64,000 nucleotides of DNA from Candidatus Babeliales bacterium. GTDB taxonomy: Bacteria > Babelota > Babeliae > Babelales > JANWKD01. This document shows, one piece after another, positions 1 through 10,108 of the stretch. The DNA lies in NCBI GenBank assembly GCA_963701665.1, contig OY969622.1, positions 1,120,001 through 1,184,000 of the forward strand, in the 5' to 3' direction. The translations under genes were made by a program, and so were the position numbers. Numbering within the stretch: the first letter of the stretch is position 1; every line of letters starts with the position of its first letter. The notes beneath the pieces were generated by a model. That model was not told the DNA's origin. It made no database searches and saw only the letters and a list, made by a program, of their open reading frames with translations.

Positions 1-1
1 T

Positions 2-463
2 ATGATTCAAGATGGCGATCTCACCGCCCCGCCTGAAGAATTGCCAAAATTTTATCATGCACTCGTTAGTGCAAAGGGCGAATTCATCAATGGCTCTCGT
101 TTAGTCTATGGCATGGAAGATGAAGCAATGCGCCCGCTCAATTTATTTGCAAATTTTTGCTTTGCACGCGGATTTTCATGGTTGCTCGGACAAACAATTA
201 AAGACACCCTCTGTGGCACAAAAGTATTATTTAAAAAGGATTATCAAAAAATTTGGCAGAACCGCGCGTTTTTCGGTAATTTCGATCCTTTTGGAGACTT
301 TGATTTGCTTTTTGGTGCCGCCAAACAAAATTTGAAAATTATTGATATGCCCGTGCATTATAAAAATAGAACGTACGGCAGTACTCAAATCAGCCGCTTT
401 AGGAATGGATTTTCATTACTCTGTATGTGGTTACTCGCATTCAAAAAGTTTAAATTACGTTGA
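2..463 (+). CDS. Glycosyltransferase family 2, C-terminal part (gene runs off the left edge)
   Basis: DGDLT.PPEELPKF (DxD), GSRL, DTLCGTK, FGDFDLLFGA and PVHY..R.YG motifs typical of DPM/GT2-like enzymes. Confidence 0.85.
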   Translation: MIQDGDLTAPPEELPKFYHALVSAKGEFINGSRLVYGMEDEAMRPLNLFANFCFARGFSWLLGQTIKDTLCGTKVLFKKDYQKIWQNRAFFGNFDPFGDFDLLFGAAKQNLKIIDMPVHYKNRTYGSTQISRFRNGFSLLCMWLLAFKKFKLR

Positions 464-476
464 ATTATGAAAAATA

Positions 477-1637
477 CTAGCCTTTTAATGCATCAAAAAT
501 TTTCCCTATATTATCCAATCCACAAACAAATATTTTTTCATCTAAAATATAATAATCACTTTTGGGCACAATGATGTACACATAATCAAGATTAAGATCG
601 TTAAGCGCACTATGCATAGATTTAGTCACTTTAGGATTGTCTGAATATTTAAATTCAAACCCCAATCGTTTGCCATACTTCATAAGAAATAAATCTAATT
701 CAGCATCTGAATATGTGGACCAAAAAAAACATTCCGATGTTAATACTTGCGCATAACTAATAGTTTCTTCCAAAGCAAATCCTTCCCAAGAAGCACCAAC
801 TTTTGGGTTATTGTAGAGTTGATTTTCATCATCAATATTTAAAAGCGTATGTAAAATGCCACTATCACGGAAATATATTTTTGGAGATTTTACTTGTCGC
901 TTATTAAGATTTTCAAACCATGGTTCTAATGCTCTCACCATAAAAGTACCTGTCAAGATATCTAAATATTTTTTAATGGTATGATGAGAAACCCCCAAAG
1001 ATCTTCCCAATTCACTCGCATTAAAAATTTGACCATGATAATGAGCAAGCATAAGCCAAAATCTGCGCAACTGTTGCGGAGGAATTTGAAAACCAAGATT
1101 AGGAATATCTTGCTCTAAAAAAGTCGTAATATAGTTCTGACGCCAATTAACACTTTTTGCTATATTTTCTGCTAAATATGATCGAGGAAATCCCCCTCGA
1201 AGCCACAATTTTTTACTTTCATGCGTTTCTTCAATGTTAAAAGGCATAACTTCAACATATCCGATTCTACCGGCAAGAGATTCTGAAGATTGTTGTATCA
1301 ATTCACGAGAAGCACTTCCCAAAATTAAAAACTTATGTTTGTTGGAAGTATCATCCACTAAAAATCGTAATATGGGAAACAGATTAGGTCTTCTTTGAAT
1401 TTCATCTATAACAATCAGTGTTTCTGAAGTTTGATTTATAGCAAGAACAGGATTTTCAAGCCGCGATACATCAGCCGGATTTTCTAAATCAAAAAAATGA
1501 TAATCATTAGGATAATATTTTTCAGCATACATATGCGCAAGCGTTGTCTTCCCTGCCTGCCTCGGCCCTAAAAGCCCGCATATGGGATGAACTTCAGCAT
1601 TAAACCTGACTTTAGAAAGTAACTGGGGTCTATTCAT
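477..1637 (-). CDS. AAA_14 ATPase with DUF4143 / PD-(D/E)XK-like C-terminus
   Basis: Walker A GPRQAGKTT, Walker B IVIDEIQ, ESLAGR, RGGFP, KSPKIYFRDSG, ELD..GFEFK; paralog of 60427..61599. Confidence 0.9.
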   Translation of the reverse strand: MNRPQLLSKVRFNAEVHPICGLLGPRQAGKTTLAHMYAEKYYPNDYHFFDLENPADVSRLENPVLAINQTSETLIVIDEIQRRPNLFPILRFLVDDTSNKHKFLILGSASRELIQQSSESLAGRIGYVEVMPFNIEETHESKKLWLRGGFPRSYLAENIAKSVNWRQNYITTFLEQDIPNLGFQIPPQQLRRFWLMLAHYHGQIFNASELGRSLGVSHHTIKKYLDILTGTFMVRALEPWFENLNKRQVKSPKIYFRDSGILHTLLNIDDENQLYNNPKVGASWEGFALEETISYAQVLTSECFFWSTYSDAELDLFLMKYGKRLGFEFKYSDNPKVTKSMHSALNDLNLDYVYIIVPKSDYYILDEKIFVCGLDNIGKIFDALKG

Positions 1638-1645
1638 ATTTATCC

Positions 1646-1678
1646 TTGAATTTTGGAAGGTCTTATTCCAATTTTCAA
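1646..1678 (-). promoter_or_regulatory. Palindromic box abutting the RBS of the ATPase gene (putative operator)
   Basis: Minus strand TTGAAAATT-N15-AAAATTCAA followed by GGA; same geometry as the box at 60387..60419. Confidence 0.5.
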
Positions 1679-1775
1679 TAAAAATAGGCTAGAAGTCAAG
1701 AAAAAGTGTGTGTACCTGACCTACCCATGACATATTTAGGGGGTTGCCAGTCCAATTTTCAATAAATGTTATTTT

Positions 1776-2597
1776 TCACCACGTATAGCCTAAAGTCTTA
1801 AGAAGCGGGAGTGCTATCTTCCTAAATACAAGTTTGTGACGTTCGAGAAAATGGTTTTTCCATGAACCAATTTTTCCCTCTCGAAATGTTTCTGTGCCAC
1901 CAAATAATCTTTTAGTAAATCTTTCCGCCTCTTTCCTAGATATTTCAATACCAAGATGATGCGCGATTGCTTGAATTTCATACAGCTGTTCTTCCTTGGT
2001 TCCGCCGCCTTTTGGTCCGACTAACTTTTCAAAGGTGGTTGTATAGACGTTTGGATGAAATCTCCACGGTAAGAATAAATCATAAAAAGATTGTATGCCA
2101 TGCAAACTATTCCATGGCTCTTGCTCATGAAATACTGATTGCCAAATTGGGCCTCCTCCAACAATAAGTTCATCAATAATTTCTTCTAAAGGACGCCTAC
2201 CGTATAGAGGCCACGAAAGAGCGTTCTTTTGCAACCAAAAAGCTGTAGAAACTATTTGATCTCTTGGATCTCGATACATAAAAATTATTTTTATATTCTT
2301 ATCTAATAAAAATGATATATTATGCGGACAATATAATACATGAGAGACGATCAATACATCGCTTGTCATAAAAGTATGCATAATGTCGTCATCAAGAAGG
2401 TACACCGTTTTCGGTTCAATATATTTTTTATCTTTACGCAACATCAAGATAAGTTTTTTTACAAGATTTGTACCACATTTTGGTACGGAAATCAGCATGG
2501 GTAAAAAATTATGTTCAGTTTCATGTGCTTCATTATAAGTAATTGAGATTATAAAGACATACATAAGAAATAGGGAGTATTTATTAAAAAGACTCAT
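1776..2597 (-). CDS. Sulfotransferase-domain protein with N-terminal hydrophobic leader
   Basis: 5'-PSB loop SVPKCGTN, 3'-PB motif YRDPRDQIVS, C-terminal FREGKIGSWK; ATG at 2597 directly after the gmd stop. Confidence 0.85.
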   Translation of the reverse strand: MSLFNKYSLFLMYVFIISITYNEAHETEHNFLPMLISVPKCGTNLVKKLILMLRKDKKYIEPKTVYLLDDDIMHTFMTSDVLIVSHVLYCPHNISFLLDKNIKIIFMYRDPRDQIVSTAFWLQKNALSWPLYGRRPLEEIIDELIVGGGPIWQSVFHEQEPWNSLHGIQSFYDLFLPWRFHPNVYTTTFEKLVGPKGGGTKEEQLYEIQAIAHHLGIEISRKEAERFTKRLFGGTETFREGKIGSWKNHFLERHKLVFRKIALPLLKTLGYTW

Positions 2598-2599
2598 AA

Positions 2600-3730
2600 T
2601 TATCTGGCTTTTAGAAGAGCACAATCATCATCAACCATTAGTTTTACTAATTTTTCAAACGTAACTTTTGGTTGCCATCCCAGTTTTGAAAAAGCTTTGC
2701 CAGCATCACCTAATAAATGATCCACTTCTGCCGGCCTAAAATAGCGAGGATCAATACGTACTAATACTTGATTCGTTACCGCATCAATACCTTGCTCATT
2801 AAGCCCACTACCTTGCCATTTTAAATCAATATCTACATGCGCAAATGCATGCTCGAGAAATTCTCTCACTGAATGAGACTCTCCTGTTGCAATAACATAA
2901 TCATCTGGTTGATCTTGTTGTAACATCAGCCACATTGCCTCTACATATTCTTTTGCATAGCCCCAATCACGTTTTGCATCTAAATTGCCTACATAAAGCG
3001 TATCTTGTAACCCACTCTTTATTCGTGCAACTGCGCGAGTTATTTTTCTAGTTATAAAAGTTTCACCACGTAAAGGAGACTCATGATTAAATAAAATCCC
3101 ATTGCAGGCAAAAATCCCATACGCTTCACGATAATTTACCGTAATCCAATACGCATAGAGTTTCGCTACTCCGTAGGGTGAACATGGATAAAAGGGCGTT
3201 AATTCGGTTTGCGGACAAGGTGCGTTACCAAAAAGCTCACTCGTTGATGCTTGATAAAACCGCGTTTTATCGGTTAAATTTAGAATTCTAATTGCTTCTA
3301 AGATTCGTAGTGTGCCTAAAGCATCAGCATTGGCCGTATATTCTGGTGTTTCAAATGAAACTTGCACATGACTTTGTGCAGCTAAGTTATAAATTTCGTC
3401 TGGTTGTACCTGTTGAATGATGCGAATAAGGTTCGTACTATCAGTAAGATCGCCATAATGCAAAATAAATTGAGGATATCCTTGATGTAAATCTTTATAC
3501 AAATGATCGATACGGGTAGTATTAATCGATGAAGATCGACGTTTTATACCGTGCACTTCGTAATCTTTTGATAGCAAAAATTCAGCTAAATAAGCGCCAT
3601 CTTGGCCCGTAATGCCGGTAATTAATGCTTTTTTTTGTTTATGTTTAGAGAATTCCTCACTTGACTCATACGCAGCTCCATACAACGAATAGATGCTGAG
3701 AAATGAGAGTGTTAATAACCTGAAATACAT
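2600..3730 (-). CDS. gmd: GDP-mannose 4,6-dehydratase with ~30-aa N-terminal extension
   Basis: [68 protein letters not shown]. Confidence 0.97.
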   Translation of the reverse strand: MYFRLLTLSFLSIYSLYGAAYESSEEFSKHKQKKALITGITGQDGAYLAEFLLSKDYEVHGIKRRSSSINTTRIDHLYKDLHQGYPQFILHYGDLTDSTNLIRIIQQVQPDEIYNLAAQSHVQVSFETPEYTANADALGTLRILEAIRILNLTDKTRFYQASTSELFGNAPCPQTELTPFYPCSPYGVAKLYAYWITVNYREAYGIFACNGILFNHESPLRGETFITRKITRAVARIKSGLQDTLYVGNLDAKRDWGYAKEYVEAMWLMLQQDQPDDYVIATGESHSVREFLEHAFAHVDIDLKWQGSGLNEQGIDAVTNQVLVRIDPRYFRPAEVDHLLGDAGKAFSKLGWQPKVTFEKLVKLMVDDDCALLKAR

Positions 3731-3734
3731 ACCC

Positions 3735-4823
3735 TTACCCCTTAATCATTGGCATTTTATACCCCAACATTTTTAAATCTTCAAGCCACGCTTTAAGAAG
3801 ATTCAATTCAGAAGGCTTAAAAAAATCTTGTTTAATCAATGTTGTCATGAAATCAAGTATACGAATCCCAAGATCAACTTCTGCGCAATCCCATCCGATT
3901 GCTGCTGTTATAAATTCTCCAGCTTTTAAATATAAATCAATTTCATCAGCAAAATCTTTAAGCAAATCATGTTCATTACGAAATTGAATGGCGGTTGCCG
4001 GTAAAAAACATAAGGAAGCATTAATATCCCATAATATTCTTTGCACCCAATAACTACGCCAAATATCACAAACCCTAAATTTCGGCGTAATAGGTAATAC
4101 TAAACCCCAAAAGGCATCGTAATGAAAAATGGTATTTTGAGAATTAAAAGGACACATTGTTTTTACAGGTAAACTGACCGGTTTTTGGGTTGATTCAAAC
4201 TCAATCTCTTGGCTATGCGTTAAACGAAAAATTGCATCAACATCAGGATCGCTATTAACAAGGCCTTGTTGAATTGGAATAAAAGATCGTTCTAACAAAA
4301 ATTGATGTGACCCGGCTTGATTAATTTCTTTTAACGGAAATCCACGTGGCCATACTCGTGGTTGACCAAAATCAGCATATACATTAACTGCACTCGCATC
4401 TGTTTGATACTGTAGCATTAAACTTTTTTCTGAAAAATACGTGATTGTATCTTCAATTGGAGTATTATCATCATCGGTGTCGTAAATTATTGAAGCACCA
4501 TGCTCTAATGCATATAAATACCCAATATTTTTTCTACTGTAATGATTCCAAGGTAATAATGGACAAATGTTATAGGGTAATTTTTGCTGATCAGCAACAC
4601 TCAAAAAATCACAATTATCCAAATGCCAATCGAGAGGTGTTTTCTTATCTGCAACCACAACCAAATGCCAACCATCAATATTGGCAAGTTTTTCTAATGC
4701 TGGAGTCGGATATTGAATGGTGGTTACTACAATCCATTTATCATGCTGCTGATTAAATAAGAACAAAGGACACAATAAAAGTACAACCGCAATGAAGCTT
4801 TTTATGAATCTGAAAACAAACAT
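3735..4823 (-). CDS. STELLO/DUF288-like glycosyltransferase, N-terminal (GT-A, GT75-like) domain
   Basis: [43 protein letters not shown]...[28 protein letters not shown]. Confidence 0.88.
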   Translation of the reverse strand: MFVFRFIKSFIAVVLLLCPLFLFNQQHDKWIVVTTIQYPTPALEKLANIDGWHLVVVADKKTPLDWHLDNCDFLSVADQQKLPYNICPLLPWNHYSRKNIGYLYALEHGASIIYDTDDDNTPIEDTITYFSEKSLMLQYQTDASAVNVYADFGQPRVWPRGFPLKEINQAGSHQFLLERSFIPIQQGLVNSDPDVDAIFRLTHSQEIEFESTQKPVSLPVKTMCPFNSQNTIFHYDAFWGLVLPITPKFRVCDIWRSYWVQRILWDINASLCFLPATAIQFRNEHDLLKDFADEIDLYLKAGEFITAAIGWDCAEVDLGIRILDFMTTLIKQDFFKPSELNLLKAWLEDLKMLGYKMPMIKG

Positions 4824-4845
4824 CCTCTCCCCCCAATTAAATATT

Positions 4846-5679
4846 TCACCTCTTCAACATTTTTTCAAAAAGATTTTTAATAAATATTTGATTTTCTTTA
4901 TATGAAAGCTTAATCGGATGATTAAAATGAGAATCGAATTTAAAAAGTTTATTTGAATCATAATAATGTAAATGAGTATGACTGCCCTTCAACCATAGCA
5001 ATTCTTCCTTTGAGCATAAGCAGGCTACTATTGTTGGTATCGCTAGCTCTAAAAAAGTATTATATTTACTAAAAATAGCAGCTAGCTCAATAAATTTTTC
5101 TTTATATACCGCAGGTATATACACAAAATCAGAAAATCCTGCTAACACTCGATGTTTTCCATAGTTTTTTGCTAATATTTTTTTATAAGATGCAGGCATG
5201 TCTTTATAGGCTTTCTCCACCGCTTTCCAACCCCATGGAGTGTGCCACCAACCCCACTTAGGAAAAGCGTTTGCTCCAAGTTTAAGATTGATGACATCGC
5301 CTCTCGTGCCAACAATATAAGTCATCTCACAAAGCCAGATTTTTAATTGATCCGCATTTTCCAATAACCATGGACCAAAAATGCAATCATCGTGCAAAAA
5401 AAAGTAACCATCAAAATTTGGGTAGCGCTGCATAGCATCGGAGATACACAAATAACTATAATACCCCTTATTATGTGCTAAAAAATGAACGTCAGGATGT
5501 TTTGTAGGACCATAAAAAACAATATTTGCAAAATAGGGTTCATATATCTCTTGCAATAATGGCATGGATTCGTAATGAGCATGATTATAATTTATGATTA
5601 ATAAAATATTATCAAGTGATTGAGAAAATAAATTATGTATAATTAATAAACTAATTATAAAAATTACTTTAACTTCCAT
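4846..5679 (-). CDS. STELLO/DUF288 C-terminal-domain-like protein with signal peptide
   Basis: ILLIINYN, YEPYF.NIVFYG, GYFFLHDDC, SDFVYIP, FLELAIPTI, HPIKLS recall the C-terminal half of eukaryotic DUF288 proteins; paralog of next gene. Confidence 0.65.
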   Translation of the reverse strand: MEVKVIFIISLLIIHNLFSQSLDNILLIINYNHAHYESMPLLQEIYEPYFANIVFYGPTKHPDVHFLAHNKGYYSYLCISDAMQRYPNFDGYFFLHDDCIFGPWLLENADQLKIWLCEMTYIVGTRGDVINLKLGANAFPKWGWWHTPWGWKAVEKAYKDMPASYKKILAKNYGKHRVLAGFSDFVYIPAVYKEKFIELAAIFSKYNTFLELAIPTIVACLCSKEELLWLKGSHTHLHYYDSNKLFKFDSHFNHPIKLSYKENQIFIKNLFEKMLKR

Positions 5680-5884
5680 TCTGCATTCCCCCCTACAATG
5701 AAAGTTATGGATAAAATCTTATGCTTCTCACAATATTTATCCAAAATAGTAGCAAGTTCTACAAAACCTTATCAAGGGTTAGATATAAAAAAGCAAAAAA
5801 GAGATGCCTACTTTGATATTACAACTTCCAACTTTGGATCAATTGTTTTTTAATTTTTTCTAAGATTTCTTGTTTGTAATCAAC

Positions 5885-6739
5885 CTATGAATTTAACATT
5901 TTAGCAAAAAGTTCTTTAATAAAAGTACGATTTGATTCGTATGAAAGCTTTATCGGATGATTCAAATGAAACTTTTGATTAAAGGCTTTATATTCTTCGT
6001 TATAAGGATAACCAGTACCGGTGCAATATAACCAATTCCATTCTTCTTTTAGGCACAAACATGACAAAATAGTTGGAAGAGCAGTTTCTAAAAAAGCTTC
6101 ATGTTTACCATAAATAACAGCAAGTTCTATAAATACTTCGCGATATTTAGCAGGTATATAAAAAAAATCAGAAAAGGATGCCACTACATGATTTTTACCC
6201 CAATTTTTTTCCAAAATTGCTTTACAATCTTTAGGAAGCTCTTTATATGCCTTTGTCATAGCTTCATAGCCAGATTTTCTAGACCACCAGACCCAGTCAA
6301 TCTTGGAAAAATCTTTAGTGCCCGGTTTTATACTGAAATCAATTGGATTTCCTCTGCTTTTACGCCAAAATAAAATATCAGGGGCCCAAATTGTTGTTGC
6401 GTCAAAATCTTTTAAAAGCCATGCATTAAAAATGCAATCATCCATTAGAAAGAAATACCCTTGAAAATTTGGATACTTTTTCATAGCGTCTGCAATACAC
6501 AAATAACTTAAATATCCTTGATTATGCTGTAATTCATGCACCCCCGAATGTTTAGAAGGCCCATAAAATACTATATTCTTAAAATAAGGCTTATAAATCT
6601 CTTCTAATAGTGGAATGGTATTATAATGAGCATGATTGTAATTAATAATTAATAAAACATCATCAAACAGCGAAGATGCGCAAAATACATTCTTAATGAT
6701 CAACAGTGATAGTGCTAGTATTGTTATTTTAGCCTTCAT
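5885..6739 (-). CDS. STELLO/DUF288 C-terminal-domain-like protein, second paralog
   Basis: VLLIINYNHAHY, GYFFLMDDC, SDFFYIP, FLETALPTI, HPIKLS; ATG at 6739 preceded by GAGGAG. Confidence 0.65.
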   Translation of the reverse strand: MKAKITILALSLLIIKNVFCASSLFDDVLLIINYNHAHYNTIPLLEEIYKPYFKNIVFYGPSKHSGVHELQHNQGYLSYLCIADAMKKYPNFQGYFFLMDDCIFNAWLLKDFDATTIWAPDILFWRKSRGNPIDFSIKPGTKDFSKIDWVWWSRKSGYEAMTKAYKELPKDCKAILEKNWGKNHVVASFSDFFYIPAKYREVFIELAVIYGKHEAFLETALPTILSCLCLKEEWNWLYCTGTGYPYNEEYKAFNQKFHLNHPIKLSYESNRTFIKELFAKMLNS

Positions 6740-6888
6740 ACGTTCTCCTCTTTTAATACAACTCATATTTAAACACTATTTTTCATCGACTGACAATACA
6801 CAGATGTCATGCATTTCACCTTTTGTCAAATACATGCTATAAAGATTCAAACACCCTTTGCACTAACAAATAATAAAAAAGGTGATCT

Positions 6889-8850
6889 ATGTGTGGACTT
6901 GGTGGATATATAAATCTTTCAGAACGCTCGTTAACGCCCGATCACTCGCTTCTTGAACAGATGCAACAGCAACTTGCCCACCGTGGACCCAATGGCTATA
7001 GAATTTGGGTTGATGAACAACGAGCCGCAGGTTTTTTCCATCGTCGTTTGAGCATCATGGATCTTTCTGATGCCGGATTCCAACCCATGATGGATAAGGA
7101 AGAATCTGTCGTTGTTATGTGTAATGGTGAAATTTACAACCATCCTGAACTGCGCAAAGAACTTGAAGCGCTCGACTATCATTATGTTTCAAACTCAGAT
7201 ACTGAAACAATAATCCATGCCTATAAAGAATGGGGCATTAACGCGCTCAAAAAATTAAATGGCATGTTTTCTATTGTTATTCTTGATAAACGTAGCAATG
7301 AATTTTTTTTGGTACGCGATCGCCTCGGCATAAAACCGCTCTATTTTTCATTACAAGGAAATATTCTTAGTTTTGCTTCGGAAATAAAAGCTCTGTGGCC
7401 GTTGCCTTGGATTGAAAAAGAGCTCAATACACAAGCAATGTATCATTATCTGACCTATTTGATCACGCCCGCACCAATGACCCTTTATAAGGGAATTTAT
7501 AAATTGCCAGCCTCGTATTATCTTAAAATCGACGCTCAGAAAAATTACTCATTTCATGAATGGTATTCACCCCTAGAGCCTGAGATAACATACGACTCGA
7601 AATCATTACAAAGCGAGCAATTTTGTAGCACTACCTTGCAAAAGATGCTGCGTGAATCGGTCAAGCAACAAATGATGTCTGATGTACCCTATGGTGTTTT
7701 TCTTTCAGGCGGTATTGATTCAAGTTTGAATGTTGCGTTAATGTCTGAATTTACGCCACAGGTAAAAACATTTAATGTTTCGTTTGATGATGGGCCTGAA
7801 TATAGTGAAATTAATTGGGCTCGCAAAATTGCACGCAGATTCAACACCGATCATCACGAAATCATCATTTCTGAAAAAGAAGCGTTTGAATTTTATGAAA
7901 AGATGGTATTTCACCAGGACGAGCCGCTTGCTGATTGCGTATGCATTCCTTTGTATTATGTTTCAAAATTACTCAGCGATGCTGGCGTTGTTGTGGTACA
8001 AGTGGGCGAAGGTTCTGATGAATTATTTTGCGGTTATTCGATCTACGCCACTTATCTTGATTATTACAACCGCTATTGGAAACCATCACAAAAATTCATC
8101 CCGGCATTCGCAAAACAAACTGCCTATCAAATTCTTTCTACCTTATTTCCCCACAAGCAAAACCGCCTTGATATGATCAAAAATTGGGCAGATGGAAAAA
8201 GTTTCTTTTGGAGTGGAGCAACAGCATTCTCTGAAACATGGAAAAAGGAGATGGTACATCTTGCTTCAACATTGCCAGAACATGATGCTATCATTGAAAA
8301 AATCTATCCAGGATTTCAACAACTCTATAATAGCTATGTTGTTGTTGATTATCATTTAAAGCAATTAAAATTACATAAAAAAGATGCTGATTTTTTAACC
8401 TCGATGATCTATCTTGAACTCAAGCATCGATTACCAGAATTATTACTCATGCGCGTGGATAAAATGACCATGGCAACCTCCGTTGAAGCGCGCGTACCAT
8501 TCCTTGATCATCGCATCGTGGAATTTGCACTACAAATTCCTGCCTCGCTTAAATATAAAAATGGTATTACCAAATATATTCTCAAAAAAGCATGCGAGGG
8601 CATTTTACCGCACGATACTATTTACCGCAAAAAAATGGGCTTTGCTGCCCCAACAAGCCGCTGGTTTAAGCAAGGCAACTATTTCAAACCTTATTTCTTG
8701 GATTTGCTTCACAGCAAAAATAGCCCTTGGAACAATTATTTAGATATGAAAGCGGTAACGCACTTATTTGAACGCAATCAGCAACCAGAACATGAATATT
8801 CCGTGCAATTGTGGGCATTGCAAAATCTTATAGCTACCCAAGTCATATGA
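6889..8850 (+). CDS. asnB: Asparagine synthase (glutamine-hydrolysing) family amidotransferase, probably polysaccharide-amidating
   Basis: N-terminal MCG, HRGP, HRRLSI.D, NGEIYN, SDTE, RDRLGIKPLY, LSGGIDSS, GEGSDE, RVPFLD. Confidence 0.93.
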   Translation: MCGLGGYINLSERSLTPDHSLLEQMQQQLAHRGPNGYRIWVDEQRAAGFFHRRLSIMDLSDAGFQPMMDKEESVVVMCNGEIYNHPELRKELEALDYHYVSNSDTETIIHAYKEWGINALKKLNGMFSIVILDKRSNEFFLVRDRLGIKPLYFSLQGNILSFASEIKALWPLPWIEKELNTQAMYHYLTYLITPAPMTLYKGIYKLPASYYLKIDAQKNYSFHEWYSPLEPEITYDSKSLQSEQFCSTTLQKMLRESVKQQMMSDVPYGVFLSGGIDSSLNVALMSEFTPQVKTFNVSFDDGPEYSEINWARKIARRFNTDHHEIIISEKEAFEFYEKMVFHQDEPLADCVCIPLYYVSKLLSDAGVVVVQVGEGSDELFCGYSIYATYLDYYNRYWKPSQKFIPAFAKQTAYQILSTLFPHKQNRLDMIKNWADGKSFFWSGATAFSETWKKEMVHLASTLPEHDAIIEKIYPGFQQLYNSYVVVDYHLKQLKLHKKDADFLTSMIYLELKHRLPELLLMRVDKMTMATSVEARVPFLDHRIVEFALQIPASLKYKNGITKYILKKACEGILPHDTIYRKKMGFAAPTSRWFKQGNYFKPYFLDLLHSKNSPWNNYLDMKAVTHLFERNQQPEHEYSVQLWALQNLIATQVI

Positions 8851-10100
8851 AGCACAAAAAAATATTGTATCTGCGCACGGATATTTGTGATACGCCACTC
8901 ATTGCTGGCGGTTCAGTTGCTCATACGCTCGGCGTCATTGAAGGCTTTTTATCGCTCGATTATTCCGTTATGTGCGCATCTTCACTTATGCATGAAACAT
9001 TACGAGCGTTACACGTATCATCTTTGTGTACCCTTTCAAACCCTCGTTTTTTACGATTTTTGCGTTGGAAGCTCAATTGTCTTCTTTCATCATTTTTTTT
9101 TACGCTACAAACATTCCGCTTTATTAGAAATGAAAACATCGATTTCATCTATCAACGTTATTCGCTGTTAAATTGTACCGGCATTTTGTTGGGCAAACTA
9201 AAAAAAATTCCTTTAATACTGGAATATAATGGTTCAGAAGTGTGGGTCGATACGTTTTGGACAAAACAGCATTGGCTCTCTTTACGATTTCTCATAGCAT
9301 TCTTTGAAAAACTCAATTTAAAATATGCTCATCTTATTGTTGTTGTTTCACAGCCATTGTGCGATGAACTTGTTGCACGCGGATTTTCACAAGAAAAAAT
9401 TTTGGTAAATCCCAATGGCGTTAACACCGAATTTTTCAATCCCGCGCGTTTGGATGATGAACGCTCGACCTTAAGAAAAACATTACATATCGAACATCAA
9501 TTTGTTTTTGGGTTTATCGGCACTTTTTCAGCATGGCATGGCATCGAAATGCTTGAGGAAATGATTCCAGAAATTCTCGCTCAAAAAAACGATGTTCATT
9601 TTTTGTTAATCGGTAACGGTCCCTTATTTGAAAGTTTTTACAAGAAAATAGAACCTTATACTATTTCCGGTAATGTTACGTGTACAGGATTAATTCCACA
9701 ACATCAAGCGCGTGCCTATTTGGCCGCGTGCGATGCATTTTTATGTCCCACGCAACCAAACCCAGACGGCACGCCATTCTTTGGATCACCGACCAAAATT
9801 TTTGAATATTTGAGCATGGCAAAACCTATTATTGCGTCGGATCTTGAACAAGTAGGCGATTTAATTTCCCCAGCATTTAAAATACATTCACTGCAAGAAG
9901 AAAAACTCTCCGTCACTAATCAAGTTGGCTTTGCGCTTCCCGCGCAAAATAAGCGAGCGTTTATCCACGCAGCATATCGATTAATTGATATGCAAGAAGA
10001 CGAGCGTTTAAAAATGGGGACTTGCGCTCGTCAAAAAGCTCTTGAAAAATATGATTGGCAACATCATGTTAACGAAATTATTTCAGCAATACAAAAATAA
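8847..10100 (+). CDS. Glycosyltransferase family 4
   Basis: GT-B motifs PNGVN, FIGTF..WHG, GSPTKIFEY.SMAKPII.SD; ATGA overlap with the asnB stop. Confidence 0.9.
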   Translation: MKHKKILYLRTDICDTPLIAGGSVAHTLGVIEGFLSLDYSVMCASSLMHETLRALHVSSLCTLSNPRFLRFLRWKLNCLLSSFFFTLQTFRFIRNENIDFIYQRYSLLNCTGILLGKLKKIPLILEYNGSEVWVDTFWTKQHWLSLRFLIAFFEKLNLKYAHLIVVVSQPLCDELVARGFSQEKILVNPNGVNTEFFNPARLDDERSTLRKTLHIEHQFVFGFIGTFSAWHGIEMLEEMIPEILAQKNDVHFLLIGNGPLFESFYKKIEPYTISGNVTCTGLIPQHQARAYLAACDAFLCPTQPNPDGTPFFGSPTKIFEYLSMAKPIIASDLEQVGDLISPAFKIHSLQEEKLSVTNQVGFALPAQNKRAFIHAAYRLIDMQEDERLKMGTCARQKALEKYDWQHHVNEIISAIQK

Positions 10101-10108
10101 AGGACACC

